DNA of 64,000 bases from NCBI RefSeq assembly GCF_963921235.1, contig NC_086100.1:201688001-201752000 (forward strand), in the 5' to 3' direction. This DNA comes from Mobula hypostoma (Eukaryota). Under the pieces are notes generated by a model. It searched no databases. It was not told where the DNA came from and saw nothing but the letters and a program-made list of their open reading frames with translations. This document shows positions 40,520 through 52,149 of the stretch, in pieces (the stretch's first letter is position 1; every line of letters starts with the position of its first letter). Position numbers and translations under genes: made by a program.

Positions 40520-41625
40520 ATCAGCGGAACCTTGGCCGTTTGGATAAAAAAAATTGGCTTACAGGAAGAGAGCAGAGAGTAGTGGAAGGAAAGTATTCTG
40601 CCTGGAGGTCGGTGACTAGTGGAGTGCCACAAGGATCTGTCCTGGGACCCCTGCTATTTGTGATTTTTATAAATGACCTGGATGAAGAGGCGGAAGGATG
40701 GGTGAGTAAGTTTGCAGATGATGCGAAGATTGGAGGAGTTGTGGATGGAGCTGTAGGTTGTCGAAGGTTACAAGAGGATATAGACAGGATGCAGAGTTGG
40801 GCAGAAAAGTGGCAGATGGAGTTCAATCCAGATAAGTGTGAGGTGATGCATTTTGGAAGGACAAACCAGAAGGCTGAGTACAGGGTTAATGGTCGGTTAC
40901 TTAAGAGTGTGGATGAACAGAGGGGCCATGGGGTTCAAATCCATACATCCCTCAAGGTCGCTGCACAGGTTGATAGGATAGTTAAGAAGGCCTATAGGAT
41001 CCTAGGCTTCATTAATAGGGGGATTGAGTTCAAGAGTAGAGAGGTCATGTTGCAACTCTACAAATCTCTGCTGAGACCACATTTAGAGTATTGTGTGCAG
41101 TTCTGGTCACCTCATTATAGGAAGGATATGGAAGCTATGGAGAGGGTGCAGAGGAGATTTACCAGGATGTTGCCTGGATTAGAAAACAAGTCTTCCGAGG
41201 CAAGGTTAACAGAGCCGGGACTTTTCTCTTTGGAGCGTAGAAGGATGAGAGGGGACTTGATAGAGGTCTACAAGATTATGAGAGGCATAGATAGGGTGGA
41301 TAGCCAGTACCTGTTTCCCAGGGCACAAACAGCAAACACCAGAGGGCATATGTACAAAGTTAAGGGAGAGAAGTTTAGGGGAGACATCAGGGGTAGGTTT
41401 TTTTACACAGAGGATTGTGGGTACCTGGAATGACTTGCCAGGGATGGTGGTGGAGGCTGATACATTAGGGGTATTTAAGAGCCTCTTGGACAGGCACATG
41501 GATGAAAGAAAAATAGAGGGTTACAGGGTAGTGTGGGTTTGGTACTTTTTTTTTAGGAATATATGGGTCGGCACAACATCGAGGGCTGAAGGGCCTGTAC
41601 TGTGCTGTAGTATTCTAGTGTCTAG
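40520..41625 (+). mobile_element. CR1 3' fragment
   Basis: Motifs [16 protein letters not shown] and KFADDAK, with tail ttctagtgtctagtg. Confidence 0.9.
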
Positions 41626-42527
41626 TGAAAGCGAATGCAATAGCAGTGTTAGACAGATGCTTGAACAAACAGGACATGGGCCATACACAAGCTGGCCTTG
41701 GTTATTATGGCCTTTGATATTTTTCACATTCACAAATGGTAAAGGACTACAGCCAAAGTTTTATTTGTACCCTTAATCAGCTATTCAAAAGTGTAAAGCA
41801 GCGGCCAATAGATAAGTCTCTTTCCCTTCCAGCCCATCTGTATTTAATAATACAGTTGTGATCAACAACTGCTGGAGATGAGCGGAGGGATGGAGTGATC
41901 AAAAGCACGGCCCACGCACCACACTTCCAGAATACCAAGAAGTATCAACAGTAAATGCTCAGCAGGTCAGGCAGAGGCAGTGGAGAGAGAATATAGCTAA
42001 CTTTTTGGGTCCACATGAGTGCAGATTTTTGGAATCTGGATCAACAACCTGTTGCAGGAAGTTGGTGAATCAAGCATGGGTAAAGGGGTCAATGTTTCAG
42101 GTTGAAACCCTGCACTGAGAGTGGGAAGGGCAGATGGCCAGCAGAGAGGCGTGAGGGGGAGTGGTGAGGCAGGAGCCCAAGGAGGTTGGTGTACTGAGGA
42201 GCAGTGAAGAATTTTGTACAGGTGGAGTTGAGTTGGGGAGTGAAGAGGTGGAATTGGGAGACAAAGTGGGAATACCCAAGTGCTTGAAACTAATAATAAA
42301 GCAGGTAACCGAGGGAAGAGATGAAAGACAGATGGAACTAGACATGAATGGGAGATATATGGGCTGAACCTCGTGTTGGACAGGCAGGAGGTGGAAGATA
42401 AACAATGGGGACTGATCTATCATCAGAATTAATATAATGCTAGTTTGCAGATGGTCATGAGGATGATATTAATCTGTTGGTAAAATGGGCAGAGCAATAG
42501 CAGATGAAATGTAATCCTGATATTTTT

Positions 42528-42790
42528 GGGGTGCCACGGTAGCAAGCCGCTGTTGCAATTCAGAGTTTAACTCCAGCATCCTTTGTAAGGAGTTTGTATG
42601 TCTTCTCTGTGGAATGTGTGGGTTTTTTCCAGGTGCTCCAGTTTCCTTCTACAGTCCAAAGAGCTAGCAGTTAGTAGGTTAACTGGTCTTTGTAAATTGT
42701 CCCGTGATTAGGCTAGGGTTGAATTGGGAGATTGCTAAACAGCGTGGCTCAAAGGGCCTATTCTGCGCTGTATCTCTAATTAAATACAAA
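42528..42790 (+). mobile_element. V-SINE (HE1-like), second copy
   Basis: gtgtgggttttttccaggtgctccagtttcct..acagtccaaaga..gtaggttaactggt..tgtaaattgtccc, similar to the 8377 copy. Confidence 0.7.
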
Positions 42791-45481
42791 TGTGAGGCGG
42801 TACACTGACGAGGGATTAGCAAAGGGGGATATATACAGTGAATAGCAGGGCTACGTGCAGCAGCTCAGTGTACAAGGCCAAGGCTTCCTGAAGATGGCAG
42901 CACAGGTAGATAAGGTGGTGGTGAAGGCAGGTGGGTTACAGGTAATGGGAGCCAGGGAGTAGTGGTGTTAGGTGGCCCAACCCAAAACATCTCTACATTG
43001 GGAAGCAGGTTCTGGCTGTCCACCTCTTGTCTCATAATTTTATATAGCGCTATGATATCACCTCACAGACTGCTCCACTCTTCTGAAGGCAGGCCCATTC
43101 CTGATTATAACTCACATCCTCCAACAGAGCAACTCTTTGTGAATCTTTCCTGCACCCTTTTTAGCTTAATCACATCCTTCCTACAGGGTGCTGTACAGAA
43201 TACTCAGAGTGAGGCCTAACCAACATTTTGGTCAACGGTAACATGATGTTCCAACTCTTTTACTTAGTGTCTTGGCTGATGATGGCAAACATGCTGAATG
43301 CCTTCCTCACCAGTCGTTGCTATTTTCAGGGATCTACAGTAGTGCTAGGAATTTTGTGAACCCTGCAGAATTTTCTCTCTTTCTGCATAAATATGACCTA
43401 AATGTGATCAGATCTTCACACAAGTCCTAAAGCTAGATAAAGAGAACCCAATTTATTAAATAACACAAAAATATACTTGTTCATTTATTAAGAAAAAATG
43501 ATCCATAATTACATGTATTTGTTGGAAGAAATATGAAAACCTCTGGAGTAATGCCTTCTATAAAAGCCATTTGGAGTTAGGTGTTCCAATCAGTGAGATG
43601 AGATTGCAGGTGTGGGTTGTGGATGTGCCCTGCCCTATAAAAAAAGATACACAAAGTCAGGTTACTAACACAGCCCGGTCTTCTCAAGAAAGATCTGTTT
43701 ATGTGCACCATCCTTGACCAAAACAACTTTGAGAGGAGCTCAGAAGAAGAATTGTAGAGATGTATGAAGCCAGAAATGGCGACAAAGGCATTTCTGAAGA
43801 CCTTAGAGTTCAGTAAGAGAAATTATCTACAAATGGAGGAAACTTAGTACTGTTGCTACTCTCCCTAGGAGTGGGCATCCTGCAAAAATTACATCAAAAG
43901 CACAATGTGCAATGCTGAAGGAGGTAAAAAGAACCCAAGGGTAACAGAAAAAGATCTGCAGAAATCTCTAAAACTTGATAAAGTCTCTGTTCATGTGTCC
44001 ACCGTAAGAAAAACACTGAACAAGAATGGTGCTCATGGAAGGACACCACTGCTCTCCAAAAAAACATTGTTGCACGTCTCAAGTTTGCAAAAGACCACCT
44101 CCATGTTCTACTACACAATGTTCTATGAACAAATGAGACAAAAGTAGCAGTAGAGATTGTGGAGGCATTAGTAATGATCTTTCAAAATTCATTGGACTCT
44201 GCATGGAGCCAGAGGACTGGAAAATTGCAAATGTCACTCCACTCTTGAAGAAAGGAGGGAGGCAGTAGAAAGAAAATCAGTGGTTGGGAAGACGTTGGAG
44301 TCAATTGTTAAGGATGAGGTTATGGAGTACTTGGTGACACAGGACAAAGCCAACATAGTTTTCTTCAGGGAAGATCTTCCCTGGCAGACCTGTTGGAATT
44401 ACTTGATGAAATTACACATAGAATTGAATTGACTTTGTTTCTTACATCCTTCACATACATGAGGAGTAAAAATCTTTAATTATGTCTCTGTCTAAATGTG
44501 CAATCATAGTAATTTATAATAAATGGAGCGGTCAATGTAACATAGAAATATACTCAAATCAGCCTGAGTTAATCAGTCTGATGGCCTGGTGGAAGAAGCT
44601 GTCCCAAAACCTGTTGGTCCCGTCTTTTATGCTGCGGTACCATTTCCCGGATGGTGGCAGCTGGAATAGATTATGGTTGGGGTGACTCAGGTCCCCAATG
44701 ATCCTTCAGGCAATTTTCTCATATTGTCTTTGTAAATATTCTGTATCACAGGAAGTTCACAACTACAGATGCACTGGGCTGTCCACCACTCTCTGCAGAA
44801 TCCTGCGATTGAGAGAGGTACAGTTCTCATACAGACAGTCAGGATGTTCTCAATTGTGCCCCTGTAGAAAGTTCTTAGGATTTGGGGGTCCATACCAAAC
44901 TACCTCAACTGTCTGAGGTGAAAGACGCACTGTTGTGCCTTTTTCACCACACAGTTGGTGTGTGGTCTGGGTAATGTGGATGCCGAGGAACTTAAAGCTG
45001 TTTACCCTCTCAACCCCATATCCATTGATGTTGATAGGAGTTAGCCTGTCTCCATTCCTCCTGTAATTCACGACGAGCTCCTTTGTTTTTGTGACATTGA
45101 GGGAGAGGTTGTTTTCTTGACACCGCTGTGTCAAAGAGATGACTTCTTCCCTGTAGGCCACCTCGTTATTAGGCCAATCAATGTATTGTCGTCGGCAAAT
45201 TTAATTAGCAGATTAGAGCTGTGGGTGGCAACACAGTCATGAGTATACAGGGAGTAAAGAAGGGGACAGTACACATCCCTGAGGGGTTCCTGTGTTGAGA
45301 GTCAGAGGGGTGGAGGTGAGGGAGCCCATTTTTACTACCTGCCGGCGATCTGACAGGAAGTCCAGGATCCAGCTGCACAAGGCAGGGTCAAGGCCGAGGT
45401 CTCCGAGCTTCCTGTCGAGCCTGGAGGGAATTATGGTGTTGAATGCTGAATTGTAGTCCAAGAATAGCATGCTCACATAAG

Positions 45482-45737
45482 TGTAGCCCCCCCCCCCCCG
45501 GCCACCCTCAGGGTCGCTCAGCTCGCTGTCATCTAGGGAAACAGCCCTCGGCCCCGCCAAACTGGGTAATTCGTTTGTGTGGATGCTGTGTGATGTACCC
45601 CACCCCGCCCAAATAACAGACAATACACCAGATACGATTAAATGATTTACAGTTTATAGATATTACTGGAACTATATAATTAAGATAGAATAAAATATAA
45701 AAGGAAAATAAAAGGCGCCACACTTATCAAAGTTCAA
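45482..45737 (-). mobile_element. Truncated LTR fragment related to 13969-14523
   Basis: Its reverse complement shares ordered blocks with 14340-14500 and ends in ...CTACA. Confidence 0.7.
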
Positions 45738-46080
45738 TCCTTCTCCGGATGTGTAAGGACGGTACGTAGAGCTGTGGCTATTGCATCATCTGTCAATGGG
45801 TTGTGTCGGTAGGCGAATTGTAGGGGGCCCAGTTTGGGTGGAAGGATGCTGCAGATGTAATCCTTGACCAATGTCTCAAAGCATTTGCTTATTATTAAGG
45901 TGAGTGTGACAGTACGCCAGTCGTTTAGACATGTTACCTTTGGCTTTTTGGTACAGGGGCAATGCTGGATAATTTGAAGCAGGAGGGCACTCTACACTGA
46001 AAGAGGGAGAGATTAAAAATATCTGTAAACACACCTGCCATGTGTGCTGCACACATCCTGAATACTGGCCCTGGGATGAT

Positions 46081-47235
46081 TGGTTAGGTACAGAAGGTTA
46101 GTTAGGAATGTTCAATCGTTAGGTATTACTATTGAAGTAGTAAAATGGATTCAGCAGTGGCTGGATGGGAGATGCCAGAGAGTAGTGGTGGATAACTATT
46201 TGTCAGATTGGAGGCCGGTGACTAGTGATGTGCCTCAGGGGTCTGTACTGGATCCAATGTTATTTGTCATATACATTAATGATCTGGATGATGGGGTGGT
46301 AAATTGGATCAGTAAGTATGCAGATGATACTAAGATAGGTGGTGTTGTGGATGATGAGGTAGGTTTTCAGGGCTTGCAGAGAGATTTAGGCCAGTTAGAA
46401 GAGTGGGCTGAAAGATGGCAGATGGAGTTTAATGCTGATAAATGTGAGGTGCTACATTTTGGTAGGACTAATCAAAATAGGACATACATGGTAAATGGTA
46501 GGGCATTGAAGAGTGCAGTAGAACAGAGGGATCTAGGAATAATGGTGCATAGTTCCCTGAAGGTGGAATCTCATGTGGATAGGGTGGTGAAGAAAGCTTT
46601 TCGTATGCTGGCCTTTATAAATCAGACAATTGGGTACAGGAGTTGGGATGTAATTTTGAAATTGTACAAGGCATTGGTGAGGCCAAATTTGGAGTATTGT
46701 GTGCAGTTTTGGTCACAGGATAGGAAAGATGTCAACAAAATAGAAAGAGTACAGAGAAGATTTACTAGAATGTTGCCTGGGTTTCATCACCTAAGTTACA
46801 GAGAAAGGTTGAAGAAGTTGGGTCGTTTTTCCGTGGAACGTAGAAGGTTGAGGGGGGGACTTGATAGAGGTATATAAAATTATGAGGGGGATAAATAGAG
46901 TTGACATGGATAGGCTTTTTCCATTGAGAGTAGGGGAGATTCAAACAAGAGGACATGAGTTGAGAGCTAAAGGGCAAAAGTTTAGGGGTAACATGAGGGG
47001 GTACTTCTTTACTCAGAGAGTGGTAGCTGTGTGGAACGAGCTTCCAGCAGAAGTGGTTGAGGCAGGTTCGATGTTGTCGTTTAAAGTTAAGTTGGATAGA
47101 TATATGGACAGGAAGGGAATGGAGGGTTATGGGCTGAGTGCAGGTCGGTGGGACTAGGTGAGAGTAAGAGTTCGGCACGGACTAGAAGGGCCGAGATGGC
47201 CCGTTTCTGTGCTGTAGTTGTTATATGGTTATATG
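46081..47235 (+). mobile_element. CR1 3' fragment nested in the Rex element
   Basis: 265-aa RT ORF (KYADDTK), a (GTTATATG) tail and an atgat flanking repeat. Confidence 0.88.
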
Positions 47236-48634
47236 ATGTCTGGTCCCAGAGCCTTCTGATTCGTTGGAAACATCTGCATACCTCAGCCTCAGAGATGACC
47301 AGGTTGCAGATTGTAGCGGTGGCTTTCCTCGGAGGTTCAGAGTTAGTGACATTGAACCAAGCGTAAGAGCGATTGAATTCATCTGGGAGAGAGGCTGCGA
47401 TGTTGTCGGCACCACAATGTTTGGCTTTGAAGTCTGCGATGGTATGCAACCTCGCCACAAGTCGATAGATAAAAGGGATGCAGTGGATGTTGTATATTTG
47501 GACTTTCAGAAGGCTTTGACAATGTGCCACATGTGAGGTTGCTTACCAAGCTAAGAGCCCCTGGTATTACAGGAAAGTTACTAACATGGTTAGAGCATTG
47601 CTGATTGGTAGGAGGCAGTGAGTGGGAATAAAAGGATCCTTTTCTGGTTGGCTGCCAGTGAGAAGTGGTGTTCCGCAGGGGTCAGTGTTGGGACCACTTC
47701 TTTGTATGCTATATACCAATGATTTAGATGATAAAATAGATGACCTAAAATTGCTCCAAGTTATGTGCAGGACTGACCAACAGTTACCGGAAACGTTTGG
47801 TTGAAGTTATTGCTGAACAAGTGGGGGGCGCACACCAGTTACTGAAAGCAAAGGTTCACATACTTTTTTTGAACAAATATATGTAATATTGGATCATTTT
47901 TCTCAAAAACTAAATGAACAAATATAATGTTTTTGTGTTATTTATTTAATTGGGTTCTCTTTATCTAGTTTTAGGACTTGTGTGAAGATCTGATTACATT
48001 TCAGGTCATACTAATGCAGAAATAGAGAAAATTCTACAGGGTTCACAAACTCTCTAGCACCACTACATACCCTGAGGTCTCTGTTCAATAATACTCCAGA
48101 CAGCTCTATCATTCACTATGCATTATCCTGCCCTCGTTCAACTCGCCAAAACACAAAATTTCACACTTGATTGACTTGAGTTCTGCTATCATTTTGTCCC
48201 ACTTTACACAGTGATCTCGCTCTTGTAGCCTTAGACAACCTCCTTTACCGCCAATTTTGGTGTCATAAGCAAATTAACTCATCATTGCCACCTACATTCT
48301 CATCCAAATCATTAACATGTATGACAAACTGCAGGGTCCTAACACTGATCCCTGCAGCACATCACTGGTCTCAATCCTTAAATCTGTAATACAGCCCTCG
48401 AATACCACTTTTTATCTACTGTCACCAAGCCAATTTTGGATTATGTTTGCCAACTCAACTTGGATCAATGTGCTTTAATATTCCAGACCAGCCAACCTAG
48501 CAAGACCTATTAGAAGCCTTCCTAAGATCGATGTAATTCATGTCTACTGTTCTCCTTTCATCGATTTTCATGTTTCCTCCTCAATTATATTTGCAAGGCA
48601 GGATACTCTCTGCACAAGGCCATACTGGCTCCCC

Positions 48635-48815
48635 CAAAATGCTGGAGGAAATCAGCGGACCAGGCAGCATCTATGGAAAAAAGTACAATCGACGTTGCAG
48701 GCTGAAAGGTCAGCTGAACTTTTTTCCATAGTGCTGCCTGGCCTGCTGAGTTCCTCCAGCATTTGGTGTGTGTTGCTCTGATTCCCAGCATCTGCAGATT
48801 TTCTTTTATTTGCAT
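48635..48815. repeat. Inverted pair of Penelope terminal repeats
   Basis: caaaatgctggaggaaatcagc..caggcagcatctatggaaaaaag is inverted relative to ctttttccatagtgctgcctg..gctgagttcctccagcatttgg. Confidence 0.75.
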
Positions 48816-49440
48816 ACTGACTCCCAAATCAGTCCCTACCTTTCCAAGTGAACAGAAATCTTATCCATTAAAATTCATTCCAGTCATTTCCTACTGATAA
48901 ATGGCTCATTGTCCTGTAATTTTCTGGTTATGCCTGTGATCCTTTCTAGTTTAGAGACCAACTTCTGCTGTCTTTCAGTCTTCAGGTATATCAGCCAACA
49001 ATAATAGAGACACAAAAGCCTTTCTCAGAGCTCTGGCAACTGAAAAATATCAGGCTGACCTTCTCCCCATCAGCAATGCAAGCTGTTTTTGTGTCATCTG
49101 CATGCTTAATGATCACACCCCTCTGCATTCATATCAAAAGGATCCCAGCACTAAAATATTGAGTTTCTCTTTCTATCAATTCAACCTGACCCGCCTAAAT
49201 TCTGCAGAATTTGGGGTTTTTATTTCTAATGTGCAGCACCTTTTTAACTTTCAATAATAATTTAGAAGGATTATTAAACTGAATTAGTACCTCTATTTCT
49301 ATTAACTCTAATGCTATCAACTTGCTAGTTATTTCCAGAATTTCCTGACTTAATTTTCTCCTTCATGGCAAGCACAGATAAAAACACTTTGCTGCTGTAA
49401 TTCCAAGTGTTTCCCTTGTCTCTTGCATCTGTGTACATAC

Positions 49441-49947
49441 ATCTATTGATGCTTCTGGACACACCTTCAGTGATGTTCCTGGAATCATCGGGTGTTTCGG
49501 GTCTTTCAACGTCATACAACCTCCTCCAGGTGACCCAGCCGGGGCTGATCAGACCCCAGCTTGTGTCCAGATGGCTAGCTACTTATGACTCCATGGCTCC
49601 CCTCTTTTGAGCCACAGCCATCTTGAGGCCCTCTCTGCCACATCGGTGATACTGCGGATGGCTCTCCTCTTCCTCTCTCCCTCGATGCCCAAAATGCTGA
49701 AGGCTCTAACTAAGGAACGGGCTACGAATCCCCTACAGCCAACCTCCACTGGGAGACACCTCGCTCTCCATCCAGCCTGCTGACAGTTGCTGACCAGTCC
49801 TGCGTACTTGGAGAGCTTCCTTTCAAAGGCCTCTTCCAAGCTATCTTCCCATAGGACTGTCAGCTCCAGCAGCCCCACTTGCTTAGTCGGCTCAGACACT
49901 AGGACAATGCCTGGTCGCAGGGTGGTGGCTGCGATATGGTGGGGAAT
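49441..49947 (-). mobile_element. Hero-like (R2-group) non-LTR retrotransposon 3' end with restriction-like endonuclease
   Basis: TTLRP(G)IVLVS..KQV.LLELTV.WE..ERK..KY..PVEVGCRGF is a PD-(D/E)xK-type RLE signature. Flanked by the 7-bp direct repeat tacatac (49434-49440 and 49948-49954). Confidence 0.8.
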
Positions 49948-50582
49948 TACATACCTTTTATTCGTCAAAGAGAAGGCCATTGTTTTGCGCTGTTTTCCAA
50001 GAACAAGAGCCACCATTTCTTCAGCCAAGAAAAATTTTTTTTTAAACTGCAGATATCAGAAATTTGAAGTGAAATCAAAAGATGCAACTCAGCAGATCAG
50101 GAGGTACGTGTGGAAAGAAGAGTTAACATTTCATGTCTGAGACCCAAGGGAGTGGCTGAAATATGAGAGATCAGACCCCAATTCTCAGATATGTGCCCTG
50201 GGCTGCATCTCCTCCTCATCTTGTGTATGAGACTTTATAATATAATGGAAATAAACACATTGATATGCACATTACAACACCCATCCGTCTGTAATTAATG
50301 TACAATGCCACCATTTTATATCTCTGGTGAACTGGTCCAGCCTGTGCTCACATTAAGTCACACCTTATTGGTTTGAGTCTTCAACATGGACAGAACATTT
50401 AGACTTCCATGGTCCTGCTGTAGAAAGTGGGGACAGAGGCTTCAGCATGATATTCAAGATTGTTTAATGTCATTTCCAGTACATGTGTAAAGGAGAACAA
50501 ATTAATTGTTACTCTGGATCTGACGCAGCTCAAAAAATAAGATAAAGTGCACAATAATAGTTTTTTAAAACTTTAAATATAA

Positions 50583-51602
50583 CCACAGAACCATAGAAAC
50601 TACAGCACAGAAACAAGCCTTTTGGCCCTTCTTGGCTGTGCCGAACCATTTTCTGCCTAGTCCCACTGACCTGCACACGGACCATATCCCTCCATACACC
50701 TCCCATCCATGTATCTGTCCAATTTATTCTTAAATGTTAAAAAAGAACCCGCATTTACCACCTCGTCTGGCAGCTCATTCCATACTCCCACCACTCTCTG
50801 TGTGAAGAAGCCCCCCACTAATGTTCCCTTTAAACTTTTCCCCCCTCACCCTTAACCCATGTCCTCTGGTTTTTTTCTCCCCTTGCCTCAGTGGAAAAAG
50901 CCTACTTGCATTCACTCTATCTATACCCATCATAATTTTATATACCTCTATCAAATCTCCCCTCATTCTTCTATGCTCCAGGGAATAAAGTCCTAACCTA
51001 TTCAACCTTTCTCTGTAACTGAATTTCTCAAGTCCCGGCAACATCCTTGTAAACCTTCTCTGCACTCTTTCAACCTTATTTATATCCTTCCTGTAATTTG
51101 GTGACCAAAACTGAACACAATACTCCAGATTCGGCCTCACCAATGCCTTATACAACCTCATCATAACATTCCAGCTCTTATACTCAATACTTTGATTAAT
51201 AAAGGCCAATGTACCAAAAGCTCTCTTTACGACCCTATCTACCTGTGACGCCACTTTTAGGGAATTTTGTATCTGTATTCCCAGATCCCTCTGTTCCACT
51301 GCACTCCTCAGTGCCTTACCATTAACCCTGTATGTTCTACCTTGGTTTGTCCTTCCAACATGCAATACCTCACACTTGTCTGTATTAAACTCCATCTGCC
51401 ATTTTTCAGCCCATTTTTCCAGCTGGTCCAAGTCCCTCTGCAGGCTCTGAAAACCTTCCTCACTGTCTACTACACCTCCAATCTTTGTATCATCAGCAAA
51501 CTTGCTGATCCAATTTACCACATTATCATCCAGATCACTGATATAGATGACAAATAACAATGGACCCAGCACTGATCCCTGTGGCACACCACTAGTCACA
51601 GG
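50583..51602 (-). mobile_element. Young CR1 3' fragment
   Basis: 274-aa ORF nearly identical to the 2563 and 37221 copies. Confidence 0.92.
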
Positions 51603-52149
51603 TACATAAATACATATGATAGTTTATAATAATTGTATGTCCATAAAGTGACGCTAGGCACAGGAGTGTCTCTACACACGATGACTCTGAGAGGAAATGG
51701 TAAAGTCGTGGTGTTTGGGGGCTTGGAGGGTTTTGATCAGCTGTGCATTTAGCACTGATCCACTCTCAGCAAGATTACAAGTCATTATTGCAAATGACTT
51801 TCCTTGTAAAGCTAACATATTGGCTTGATTCACAAATTAACAATACGAAACATGAAGGGGTTAGTGACGCAGCTTCTCAGATTTCAATCTTATCCACTAC
51901 TATAAGACACCAGTGAGCTGATACTGGCATCATGCCACAGGCATCAAGTAAAATCAACAATTCTCCAGCTGCTCTTTCAACCTCAACTTGCTGACTCACA
52001 ACAATTTCAAAACTACATTTAGCACAGATTACAGAAAGAAGGGTAGAGAATAAAGACTGACGTTCACAGTTCCAAGAAAAGTTTCCCTGTTGGTGCAATT
52101 CCCAAAGGAATTGCAAACAATTTATTTCCGGAGAAGAGTCTACAGGGCA

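Larger units (their letters stand above)
44421..47457 (-). mobile_element. Rex1/Babar-type LINE nested within the Tc1 element
   Basis: Motifs [26 protein letters not shown] and ENNLSLNVTKTKELVV, with a (CAATT)n tail at about 44421. Confidence 0.82.
43337..48065 (+). mobile_element. Tc1/mariner DNA transposon relic with ~210-bp terminal inverted repeats, interrupted by ~3.6 kb of retroelements
   Basis: Starts TA|cagtagtgctag; 43337-43550 is the inverted match of about 47852-48065. Transposase remnants are LRRRIVEMYEA, KNPRVTEKDLQKSL..VHVSTVRKTLNKNG.HGR and the C-terminal SYRKRLVEVIA at about 47750-47845. Confidence 0.88.
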
